From: Chrysomallon squamiferum
Lineage: Eukaryota; Animalia; Mollusca
Length of the DNA stretch: 64,000 nt
Assembly: GCA_012295275.1 (NCBI GenBank)
Contig: CM022668.1
Span: 930,001-994,000, forward strand
Direction: 5' to 3'
The notes below the pieces were generated by a model. The model saw only the letters and a list, made by a program, of their open reading frames with translations. It had not been told where the DNA came from and did no database searches. The first letter of the stretch is position 1. Each line of letters opens with the position of its first letter. A program made the translations under genes and the position numbers. Of this stretch, positions 51,201 to 61,000 are shown one piece after another.

Positions 51201-53364
51201 ACTTCAAAAAAAAAAAAAAAAAATTAAAATTAAAGAAATAGAGAGATATCCAAGGAAAACAAAAGAAAGAGAAATATATATAAATGTGTGTGTGCATACA
51301 TATATATATATGCTTGATGTTGATTGATCTGCATGTTACATGTACATGTTTGTTATTATGATAGGAAACAGGATTTAGTTGATTTTTATTGCTTGTTGAG
51401 TCAATGCTGGTCATAGCAACAGTGTTTTTAACCACTTACAGCTGATTTCAGTGAAAACTTTTAACACAGTAATTTTAATAAACTTTAACCCAGGTTTGAA
51501 AATCTCAAAAGCAGAGTGCTTACATGATCTTGGTCAGTTTTCTCAATCGTGTGCCAGTATAAGCTGATTAGCTATTGGCTGAAAGTTGAATACTTCACAG
51601 CTGCATGATTAAATGTCCATGTTTTATTTTTTTTGTCCAGCTCCAGAAGTTGTCACACAAGAAACAGCTGGATATGCTGCAGATGTGTGGGGTGTTGGTG
51701 TATTGACTTTTCTCTTGTAAGTAAACTATTGTGAAGACATACTGTCTGTAAGATATTAGTTCTTATTCTCAAGATATTTGTTAAACAAAAGATAATGTAA
51801 TTGTTTACTACATAAAACATTGCTGTTTTCCATTTAAAATTATTAATTTTCCATTTTCTGTTTGAAATAATCAGTTTACCCATTTTTTTAGTCTCAGACT
51901 AATTAAATTTTCTATTTTCAGATTAAGTGGTGAGTCTGCCTTTGGGTCTGAGGTAGTGGAAGATGTTTTCACAAATATTGCCTACAATCACTATGATATC
52001 AATGACCTGTATGAGAATGTTTCACAGGAGGGACAGAAGTTTGTTTTCAAACTTCTCAAACGATTACCAAGGTTTATATTTATTTACATGACTGACATTT
52101 CTGAAAAATTGTAATTTAAAATATGGAAAGGTTTTTTGCTGTTTATTCATTCAGTTCTGTTTATAAATTAGTCTGGAAAGACACATTTTATTTAACATTT
52201 ATAAATGTGGAAGTTTAACTCATTTCAAATGTATCGTGTAACTTTGCATTTTTAATACTGTTGGCAAGGTATTTATTCATGCCAGAAGACTGCCATTGTT
52301 GAGATATCTCAGTGTAATACTCTAGTTACAGAGGGGTTAAAAATAGGTAATTGCGAAGTACGTATTGCACGAAAATCTGACACCAAAAGGGTTCAAATAG
52401 ATCATTATGAATGTCATGTTTCCATGACAATACCTTTTTCTATAATTAAAACTAGTTAAGTATTGAAATGCCTTCATTCTTTATTTTTGTTTATTTTTAT
52501 ACAGGAATCGACCTGCAATATCCGAGTGCATGGAACATAAATGGCTTCTGCCTGCAGACGGTGCAGCAAAGACTCGAGATGATGCTGTGTTCTTGACAAA
52601 CAAACTGGCAATTTTTGCAAAACAATACAACAAAAATCGTCTCAGTGATTCTTACAAACATGAATACAACTCTATTGTTTTGTCAATTCCACCCACTTCT
52701 GAGAAAGAAGAGGAGGAGGAACCAGAAGAGAAAACTTCTGACGATTTTGAAAAAGAGGAAAAAGAGAAAAAAGAGGATAAAGGTAAAATTTTTAAATAAT
52801 AAGTACAAATTTGCAACATTTACTATAAATGACTTTATCAAATGCAAAAGTTCATTTGTATAGTGTCTGCCACAATGTGAAATGAGATAAAAACAGTGTT
52901 GATCAACAATTCACATTAAATAAGTTTACAGGAAAGTTAAACATGGAAAATTATTGAAATCATATAATCTTCTACAAATTAAATCCCAAATTAAATTAGC
53001 AAAGGCAAATTTAACTGCTTGTCTGCCAAAATCTTGGAAATGTAGGAATTAAATTATTATTATTTCTTTTTTTACATCTTATGCTGACAAAGCAGAAGAA
53101 GACGTGAAAGAAAAACAAAAGAAACCAACATTATTAATTAAGACAGGTGAATTAACAAAATCATCAGAACCATCACAGGCAACAACAGATTCAGAACTTT
53201 CAGCTTTAGAAACGACAGTTTTGCCTCAAGTATCTTCAGCAAAACCAGATGAGAAAGAGGGGTTGGATGATCAAAGTATGAGTCAGTTAGCTGAGGAGGT
53301 GGTTAGCAAAGCTATGGAAGAAGCTATGCAGTCTTCAGAGATTGCAGATGCCTGCAGAAAGTAA
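617..53364 (+). CDS. OBSCN: Obscurin / UNC-89-like giant sarcomeric protein, multi-exon, 5'-partial (SH3-DH-PH-Ig-PEVK-Ig-FN3 array-Ig-kinase-Ig-FN3-pseudokinase)
   Basis: More than 50 exons bounded by AG and GT/GC join in consistent phase from 617 to TAA 53362-53364, with one apparent +1 indel at about 51166. SH3-DH-PH followed by Ig domains and a kinase-Ig-FN3-kinase C-terminus is the hallmark arrangement of invertebrate obscurin/UNC-89. Confidence 0.9.
1738..2617 (+). CDS. OBSCN: SH3 domain, exons 1738-1894 and 2491-2617
   Basis: YVVIADF...[13 protein letters not shown]...HWLIRT...EG|WVPSGYL gives the canonical SH3 motifs across a phase-1 intron. Confidence 0.92.
4693..5012. mobile_element. 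Non-autonomous hAT (Charlie-like) element / MITE
   Basis: Imperfect terminal inverted repeats caagggtgcccaa ... gtgagcacccctg, flanked by an 8-bp near-identical target-site duplication ctctagtg (4685-4692) / ctgtagtg (5013-5020). Confidence 0.75.
5256..7233 (+). CDS. OBSCN: RhoGEF DH domain, exons 5256-5426, 5686-5755, 6277-6369, 6725-6820, 7069-7233
   Basis: CR1 [38 protein letters not shown] and CR3-like [18 protein letters not shown]. All junctions are GT-AG and in phase. Confidence 0.92.
7521..10734 (+). CDS. OBSCN: PH domain, exons 7521-7676 and 10575-10734
   Basis: [18 protein letters not shown] ... RRFELWY ... [20 protein letters not shown], typical of DH-associated PH domains. Confidence 0.92.
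11091..17271 (+). CDS. OBSCN: Linker and first Ig-I domain, exons 11091-11252, 11480-11596, 17032-17271
   Basis: [14 protein letters not shown]|[21 protein letters not shown]...[11 protein letters not shown]. Phase-1 junctions. Confidence 0.88.
11581..12864 (+). repeat. 62-bp minisatellite, about 21 copies, spanning an exon/intron boundary
   Basis: Unit acaactgtctgtacag+gtgagctgtgatgtctttgtgattcctgtttgctacgtgttgttag. Two shortened units (45 and 57 nt). Confidence 0.97.
14934..14999. repeat. (GA)n microsatellite
   Basis: Direct reading. Other (CA)n/(TG)n tracts lie near 2935, 3474, 6888, 33223 and 55122, and (TTA)n tracts near 10795, 56397 and 58011. Confidence 0.95.
18690..18760 (+). repeat. 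Degraded dispersed repeat (possible SINE core), related segments near 49441-49485 and 61559-61584
   Basis: Shared motif ttgct.ct......taagaatagccc at 18731-18756 and 61559-61584. Only short similarity is visible. Confidence 0.35.
19914..20095 (+). mobile_element. Degenerate TcMar-Tigger/pogo-type element fragment
   Basis: TA followed by cagattgagcatcctttatttgaaatgattaggactagaag is a Tigger-type terminus. Internal ggatctaagtctaaatacaaattccattta...ctgaagg resembles the Tigger4/Zombi consensus as I recall it (not searched). Confidence 0.6.
20383..22726 (+). CDS. OBSCN: Giant 2344-nt exon: PEVK-like (E/P/K/T-rich) repeat region plus start of Ig domain 2
   Basis: Long pyrimidine tract then ttttcag|AA TTA GGT, an open frame to ACC TG|gtgagt, [14 protein letters not shown] repeats, ending [10 protein letters not shown]...[17 protein letters not shown]. 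Confidence 0.88.
21216..22160 (+). repeat. Coding tandem repeat, 42-bp (14 aa) units with some 39-bp variants, about 22 copies
   Basis: (K/E)[11 protein letters not shown](S/P)A. Eight consecutive units begin with EEPTP. Confidence 0.97.
23124..24130 (-). mobile_element. Degenerate, internally deleted Chapaev3-like (CMC superfamily) transposase relic in an obscurin intron
   Basis: Minus-strand fragments in the expected order: [16 protein letters not shown] (about 24065-24120), LNDLIQD...[15 protein letters not shown] (about 23945-24030), [14 protein letters not shown] (about 23487-23530), [11 protein letters not shown]...[12 protein letters not shown] (about 23235-23330). These resemble the GDQDKSWAPH, ELNDL..DL...K.KAELL, EG.FVGP.IRK and MSLK.HF.HSH...SDE.GERFHQ motifs. 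Stops and frameshifts are present. Confidence 0.7.
24890..27476 (+). CDS. OBSCN: Ig domains 2-5 and linker, exons 24890-25065, 25372-25832, 26058-26242, 26638-26948, 27384-27476
   Basis: I-set motifs (W.KDG, D.G.Y.C.A.N..G, P.F.....D) with in-phase GT-AG junctions. Confidence 0.92.
27693..41052 (+). CDS. OBSCN: Array of 16 tandem FN3 domains, one per exon, plus 4 short linker exons
   Basis: FN3 exons: 27693-27998, 28577-28876, 29104-29409, 29621-29929, 30510-30788, 31078-31380, 32015-32308, 33407-33709, 34059-34358, 34692-34985, 35395-35691, 36145-36447, 37042-37344, 37926-38228, 39394-39693, 40753-41052. Linkers: 28299-28337, 37574-37672, 38591-38650, 40050-40133. Each FN3 has an L.W...Y.[IV]E...W...Y.FR[VI]R-type signature. 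Confidence 0.92.
38935..39333. mobile_element. TA-flanked MITE (Tc1/mariner-pogo type)
   Basis: TA|caggtatcccttgtttaa ... ttaatcaagggatacct terminal inverted repeat of about 17 bp. Confidence 0.65.
41392..42840 (+). CDS. OBSCN: Basic Ser/Arg-rich linker exon (41392-41511) and Ig domains 6-7 (41845-42138, 42559-42840)
   Basis: [23 protein letters not shown]..., then VPTFSK...[12 protein letters not shown] and DPPTFIEPL...[11 protein letters not shown]. Confidence 0.9.
43087..45662 (+). CDS. OBSCN: Protein kinase domain 1 (CAMK/MLCK-like), exons 43087-43168, 43434-43637, 44241-44379, 44621-44820, 45151-45297, 45539-45662
   Basis: [47 protein letters not shown]...CLSHPW. Confidence 0.93.
43638..44240 (+). 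other. U12-type (minor spliceosome) GT-AG intron in kinase 1
   Basis: 5' site GTATCCT, branch point TTCCTTAAC at 44223-44231 about 10 nt before the AG, no polypyrimidine tract. Splicing restores ILVTEL|LTGGE. Confidence 0.88.
45951..48900 (+). CDS. OBSCN: Interkinase region: linker exons 45951-46117 and 47166-47365, Ig domain 8 (47694-47981), FN3 (48341-48472, 48739-48900)
   Basis: In-phase junctions. [10 protein letters not shown]...DAGVYKC and IPDRPGRP...[12 protein letters not shown]. Ig-FN3 preceding the second kinase is typical of UNC-89/obscurin/SPEG. Confidence 0.88.
49573..53364 (+). CDS. OBSCN: Kinase domain 2 (probable pseudokinase) and C-terminal tail, exons 49573-49738, 49973-50243, 50987-51171, 51641-51716, 51922-52071, 52505-52782, 53093/53096-53364
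   Basis: [16 protein letters not shown], (M)[29 protein letters not shown]. One phase mismatch at 51171/51641 (see findings). The last exon has a NAGNAG acceptor (aag cag). Confidence 0.85.
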
Positions 53365-54271
53365 CAATACAAAAAAAAAAGAATAAGTGATCAAAGTTGA
53401 CAGACTGTTGTGAAATAAAGGTTAAATGAAATTGTATGTGTTTATATATAATTTAAGTTTTCTGGACTAGATTTGCTGTTTTAGAATTATATCATAAATT
53501 TAAAAGAAAATTTAATAAAGTAATTAATTATTCAATATCTGTATGTATTTGATTTCAGTTAAGAATCAGAATCAGTATAATCTGTACCATGGGTTTTGTT
53601 ATACAGAGGTTGTTAGTATAGCTGTCAAAATTATTCTGGAGAAGATTGCAGTGTTTGAGTGATGTGTTATTTAGTTTATGATTAGAACTGTCAGGTCTCT
53701 ATTTCAGTTATACATTTAAACTGTTTATTTAAAAATATTCAAATTTTTATTTATTATTTAAATTTGAATTTTTGTTATTGTTTCATTTTTAAATTTTACC
53801 TTTTAGTTTTTCATATATCTCATTTAAAAATAAATATAAATTAGATTTATAAAATTATCAGAAACATGCAGTGTTCATTTTATTTGATCTTTGTGTTGAT
53901 GTGATTTGTATAACTAATGTATAAAAAACTATCAACGTAAACAATATTTATATAATAATTTATTATTTATTACGTTTATTAATTGTGCAGTAATAGACTT
54001 TTTTTTAACAAAAATATAAATGTGCACATACATTTGTAAACATTTTGGTAATATTAAATTATAAAACCAAACTATATATATTTCTAACACAACAGCATTA
54101 ACAGCAATAACAACAACTAAATCATATTATTATTAAAATTAATATTTTTCAGTAATTTAAAAAATATCATAATGTAAAGTTAGATGTGTTTTGTTGTAAT
54201 AAGGAATGTGATGTGAATCACTGATATGTTTCCCTGACTTTGTGGTCCTTTCTCCTGGTGCTGTTTTATTA

Positions 54272-54310
54272 AATAAACACTTTTAACATACTGTGTGGTT
54301 GTTTTTATTT
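54272..54310 (+). terminator. Candidate polyadenylation signal of the obscurin-like gene
   Basis: AATAAA at 54272-54277 followed by a GU/U-rich tract (ctgtgtggttgttttt). Other AATAAA hexamers at 53414 and 53514 are alternatives. Confidence 0.4.
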
Positions 54311-55120
54311 CTCTAAATAATATAAACTGTAAATGATAATTTAATATTCAAATGAAATGTTATTCCTGCCAGACTGATGTAGATACTGAAGTAACCAGTA
54401 CCAAAGTGTGTCTCCATATCATAATATTCATTACTTGTGAACTGTTAATGGATGCCAGATTAACTGAAGCAGTACTTTGGAGCCACACATTTATTATTTA
54501 GTTAGTAACAACAACAAAATATTTACTTCACTGTAACAAAATTAGGTAATTTCATTATCATTGTCATTATTATTATTTTTGAAAAAAGAATAAAATAGAA
54601 TGGATAATTGAATGGAGCAATTCTCAATTTTTTGCTAATTAAGGTATCGGAATTCAGATTGGGATGATGACTGAACATGGATATATAATAAATTAATAAA
54701 AATGAACCCAAGTCTAAATATAGATTTTTATTTTAAAAATAGCTGATACGAAATAGTCTAAAAAGTAATTTTAATACAATATTGTATTACTTTCTGCCAG
54801 AAACTAAGTTTGTGTATGCTTTTGATAATAGTTTCAGTTTTGGAGGCTATCAGCATCAGTTGGATTAAATAATTTTCACTTGACAGTATTGTCTGAACAG
54901 TTAATGTGAGTGACAATAAAGAAAGACGATATTTGATGTTATTATAATTTAAAGTACAACTTAGTTCACTAGTAATGATATACAACTACAGTGATTCAGC
55001 TTTGAAAAGGATGAATATAACAAAGATGTTTGTTTCAAAATTTATAGCTTTTTTAAAAAGAACTGTACAGGGTGTGTAGGGGGAGAGCAAATGTAGGTGT
55101 CTGTGTGCATGCATGTATGA

Positions 55121-55159
<39 letters not shown>

Positions 55160-56391
55160 GGTGTTTGAGTGAGTGAACATTGTCAAGAAATGAACTTAAT
55201 TTCCTTTTTATATTTAATTCTCTTTTTTTACTAGTTCAATCAGAATTCAAAAAAGAAATATTTCTAGTAATTCATTCATTCTGGATCAATTATTATAATT
55301 GCTAAAAGTTCAATTAGACAGGAAAATATCAAACTTGCATTTACTAAAAATTTGAAAAACATGCACTAAATGATAATAAGCTGATCATTAATGTATTTTA
55401 ATAATATAAACATTTTAAAAAGTGCCAGTCCTTTCTTGTTGCACATAAAACGAACAGTGATTTTGCCCAGAGGGAAGTGGGATTTAGGCCTTCTGCGAGA
55501 CTGACCAGTGGCAGATCAACCTACTCCAAATGTTTCATTAATAAACAAAAAAATAAATTCTGTATGCATTGTTTATTGCGTTTTATTTTTACAGTTTATT
55601 TTTAAATATCATTTCAAGTATTTCAAACAAACACTTTTCCTGTAATGAATAATGATTACATGTTTGTTAAGTGCTGATTTTATTTTCTAGTTTTGATAAA
55701 TGAAGCAATCTGTATCAAGTTATACCTGTTTATCTCTTCTTTATTCCAGTTTGAATTTCTACAATCTAAAATAACAAAAATTCTGTACCAAACCATATCC
55801 AAATTTACAGACGTTTTCTGCATTTACAAAGAAAAGCAGTTTGTAATTTACGAATGTCTGACTTTTTTCATCTCTCCATTTTGATTGCCACTCTAACCTC
55901 ACCATTTCCATCATGATCATTTTCATTTTTATTATTTTAACCTGGAATTAATTTATTTAATATTAATGCATTTGTACAGCAAGAAGGATTATTATGAAAC
56001 ATGAAACAGCAGTTGGTATAATTAAAAAATTAATGGACAAAATATAATAGAAATATAAAGGACAAATTTATTAAAAGTTAAATATATTACTCGATGATAT
56101 GGAAAACATAAACATTTATTCTAAAGTCAGCCCTACTAGATTCTACCTTATCTTTCAATTTTTCTTTTCAATATAAATTTTTGTCATTATTTCTTTCTTG
56201 CTTTTTAATAATAATAAGAAAAAGAATATTTATTTATTTATTTATTTATTATACACTTAACTGATTGTTAGATAAGACAATTTATGTATTTATGTGCATA
56301 TTTTAGTATACAAGATACTGAATTAGCTTATTAATATTTTCTCGATATTTTAAAAACTTTATTTTGTTATTTATTATTATCATTGTTTTTA

Positions 56392-56433
<42 letters not shown>

Positions 56434-57300
56434 GTCTTTTAGTTTCTTTCTTTTTTATTAAGGTAATTTATTAAATTATGTAATTATATAATCATTAACA
56501 ATAAATTATTTTTGGAAATAATTTTGATGATGATAAGAATTATAAAGTTTTATAAGTTTTTTCTACTTTTTTCGTAATTTTTGCTGTTGCTGTTGTTGTT
56601 GTTATTATTATTACTGAAAGAATCCCATAATACTACTTACTTTAGTAATTTTCAGTTTGGACATACCAAATTACTCTCTATTACCTTTTTTCTTGTTTGT
56701 TTGTTTGTTTCTACTTTTTCTTTTAATTCAGTGTTTAAACTGACAGATTAATACACTTTTTATTTATTTTATTATTATTTTTTAAATTCTTGATTATTTA
56801 ATGACAAAATATCAAATGCCCCTAGACTGCAAAAGATTTAAACAAACTATTTTCAGTCCTAATCGTTTTTAGTTGGATCTTCGGAAATACTATAATCATA
56901 ATTACATCATACATACGAAATAATAATAATAATAATAAATATATAAAATTAAAATTAAAAAATAATTAAAACGTGGCAATCGAGAAAGGACATCCATATA
57001 AATAATTTAACCTTCATCGCTTTGTCGACAAGTTACCATCGATCTCATCTTCAAAGTTCAAAGAACAATTTTGGTTAGTCATTCGGAGTAACAGTTTCTC
57101 AGTGGTAAATTAGCAAATTAAATAACAATTTCTTGATATTAATCGATATTATTTCACTTCCTATTTACTTGTAATTACTTAAATATTTTTTATACAAAAT
57201 ATTTGGGAAAGAAATGGCCATTGGTAAGCTGAAAGAAAACCGCTACAATTCTTTATCAAAGGATCGCTAAGTCAAGGAAGGAAAGACTTGAACAGAATAT

Positions 57301-57310
57301 AACATGGCGA
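57301..57310 (+). promoter_or_regulatory. YY1-like motif (AACATGGCG) in the CDC27 promoter/5'UTR region
   Basis: aacatggcga about 100 nt upstream of the CDC27 ATG, in a locally CpG-richer stretch. Confidence 0.4.
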
Positions 57311-57406
57311 CTAACGAAAGATGATCTGTTATGTTTATTTCAATTATACAGTTTATAATAGCTATTACATGGAACATAGCGGGTTGTTTTTAGTTTTAAA
57401 GAAATA

Positions 57407-58008
57407 ATGTTACTTCAGGAACCAGTTCAGGTAAGAAATCATCATTTGTGATGTATATTTAGTCTAGACATCGTAAAAGCTATATTTAAAAACAATGGTT
57501 TCCACCTTGCGCAGGTGCTTGAATTTGAAAACAGAAGACGAAGGCTTGAGGTATTATAAAGTTAAAATAAATTTGTATGTTATTGACATATTTACTAATA
57601 TACGAATATACGAAATTACTGTTCATAACACTGTTCCTATTTATTTCCTAAGAGTTACTCGCTAAATTACTATCACTGGATTGCATTTGTGTTTCTGATC
57701 CAGTGATCATCGTTTTCATCATTTCATGTTAATATGTTATGATTATCTCAAGTTTCGCAAGTCTCAGTTATTATGATTTGTCACTTTTTGACAGAATTTA
57801 TTACAATATAATTATTTTTCTGATAAATGTGATTCTACTTTGTTCAAATTATCAAATATAGAATATTTATATTAAACGTTACTGTTAGTAGTGTTACTGC
57901 TACAGAAAACGTTGCCAGGGAACCCACATATTCTATATCTTTCTCATTAAGTATAGTATGTTTCACAGTGCCTAACATTTAGGCTTTATTTTCCTTTTTC
58001 CTTTTTAA

Positions 58009-58058
<50 letters not shown>

Positions 58059-61000
58059 ATTAAATATTTTTTGTTCACTTAAAAAACAAATTAAAATAAC
58101 AGATACCTTTTAGAATAACTATTAATTAGATTATAATATAATACTTTGTTAAATGTGGATTTGTTAATTATATAATATGTTGTGTCATTATATGAACATT
58201 TTTTATACCAGAATTAACTCCAAAAGAATAATTTTATTACTGATAAAGAAAAAAAAAAGAAAAACTACAAGATATTAAATAACTAAAGTAAAATAATAAT
58301 AATACAAGTAAATGATTTTAGTAGTGCAGATGTTTAAAAGGGAAGAGTGATCACCAGTAAATTGTTGATTACTACAAGAAGCCAAACATCAATTTTTCAA
58401 AAGTATTATAATCTTGTGTTCAGATACCTGTAAATATCTCAGTGGAATTAATATTGATCATATTTTTAATTAAAAAGAAGAAACAGAGCAGACATTCATG
58501 AAATTGCAAAAATGCATTAATTAATGCAAGATTGTCTGATTATTTGATATCATCTGTAAACATTTCTGTTGACATATCTGCAGTGTATTTTGTTTGATTA
58601 TTTTTTACTCTCATAAAGGGTCTTTTTCATCATTTAAGTAAAAACTGTATTAAAAGTACATTTATGGTTAATGTTTTTCCAGTGAAAGTTAAATAAGAAA
58701 TTAATAATAAAGTTGCAATTTGCAATTCAAGTTTATTTAAAGTTTAAAATAATAAAAATATTTATTTATTAGTCTGATTTTATTCACATTAATATTAAAC
58801 AAATTGACCTGATTTCCCAGCAGTTTCAATGGATTGTTACTTGTTATGTTCATTGTTTTAATTAATTCACTGTAAACAATTAAGTGAATAATGTAATGTA
58901 TTTATTAGAAACAATAATAAAGATACAGTTTTATCTCAATAACTCATTAACTGCAATACACTTTTTAGTATTACTAATGTGTAAAACAGAAATACCCAAA
59001 TAAATTTTGTAATAACAGTTAATAAATTCCGTAATGAATTCATGTGAACTGTGACTGAACATGTCTGAGTATATAATGATATTTCTTTACTTGATATAAA
59101 AATACTGAATTCCAATAATATATAGTTAAATTTGCTGATGATAGTATTAGATAAAAGTTTGTCCATGCTTTTAAACACTTGACTGAGAGCAATTATTTTT
59201 TTTTAAATTACATATCAGTGCTCAGTAATTCAGTTAGTAGATTTTGAGGTTTCTTTTAATTATTTATTTGTTAAAAGATAGCAGCTGTAATTAAACAGAT
59301 ATGATAGAGATATGCCAGTGATACTGTTGTCATAGCAGAAAGCTGACAAAAAAAAAACTGAGCCAAAAATGATAAAAGCTGGCTGTGTATGAAACACCTG
59401 ATTTTCTCTGAATTGCCTTGCATTCAATACTGTATCTTGTCTTTCCATGTAATTTTAAATGAATAATAGCTCTACATCCTTGATTATGAACCATTTGCAT
59501 GCAAAGTTCCTTTCTGGAAAGCAATAACAAGTTTATCAGGATTCAGTAAGTTTGAAATTATAAGCATCATCCTTTTATGATATGTTTGTGAACAAAAAAT
59601 GTGTGAACGTGAAACCTTCAGCTGCATAACCAAATATTGTGAGTAGAAAATTTCATTTATACATTGTTTTCATTTCAGGCTGCGATCTGGGATGCTCTCA
59701 ATCACTATGCTTACCAGGATGCAACATTTCTAGCTGAAAGACTGTACGCTGAAGGTAGGTTTATTGATATTCATGTGTATATGTGTTTGAAAGAAAAGAG
59801 GAATACATGTTTTATAGCAACTAAGCAATTAAAACTAAGCTATGTATTATTGCTGATAAACTACTTTTGAGATAAATATAAATTTGCTGTTTGTTTTATT
59901 ACATTGTGGTATGGGAATTTAGTATATGAAATATTTTTTATATAGTTTCCAGTGATGATGCTTTATTTCTTCTGGCAACATGTTACTATCGGTCAGGCTA
60001 TCCAGTTCAGGCTTACAAACTGTTACAAAAGAAAGGATGCCACACTCCACAGTGTAGATTTCTCATGGCCCGATGTTGTGTTGACATTAACAAGTAAGTG
60101 TTTTAATTTAGAATATTATATGGCATTATATTGTGGTATATTTTAGTTTGAAATTCTGATTTATAATAATTATACATACTTTTTGGTTTTGTAATCTGAT
60201 ATACTTTATTTCAGCCACATCCACACACACAGAATCAAATTCAGTAATTCAGACCTGGAGTGCTAAGCAGATAGTTTCAGGAAGTTAGAATTGTTGAAAT
60301 TAAAATGTTTAATTTAATTTCAAAGGATTAGTACATTTTTTATTGCAAGAAACATATGCTCTTGCATACTTTGTAACTTAAGTAAATAACAAAATCAGTA
60401 AACGGCACAAATCAAATTAATCATTTCTACATCTCATTTACAGTTTGACATTTTATTTGAAATACTGGTGATACATCTTATCTTATTTTGTAAACAGATA
60501 ATCAAAGAAGTGTGGATTTTGCACTCATGTGATACAGTTTAGCCAATCATGTCACTTGTTTAACACTTTCTCCTTTTCTAGCCAATAATTCACAGAAACA
60601 TCCAAATATTTCCAAAAATTTACTATTCTGTCAGTCAGTGCAAAAGCAGAGCTTTCAGCCAGCATGCAGAATGTCGGCAAAGGTTCAAAATGGCAGAAGA
60701 TATATGTATTCAAACAGTGTCAATTTTTCAATAATTCCTGCATCACTGAACATAATTAAAGGAAATAAAATAGACTAGGTGTTGCAAAAAAAATATATTT
60801 TTATTGTGCATATCGCATTTGTTCACAACAAACAAGTAGTTACCAACAATCAGATAACCAAAAAAAATATGAATTTGAAAAAATGGAAATTTTTTAATTC
60901 TATTTTTTGATTTAATTTGAAATTTTATTTTTTGTTATATTAAAAATCATGCCCCCTTAATCAGTGAATTATTACAAGTAATGACCATTTCAGTGCTTTG

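Noticed and set aside
52270-52395. piggyBac-like ends (ggggttaa)
   Set aside because: No paired inverted terminus or TTAA duplication found.
54400-57300. Additional gene in the obscurin-CDC27 intergenic region
   Set aside because: Only short, low-complexity ORFs with no recognisable motifs or consistent exon chain.
60380-60960. Possible Kolobok-like or other TTAA-flanked element in a CDC27 intron
   Set aside because: Only one plausible end (cccccttaa) was seen, with no matching left terminus.
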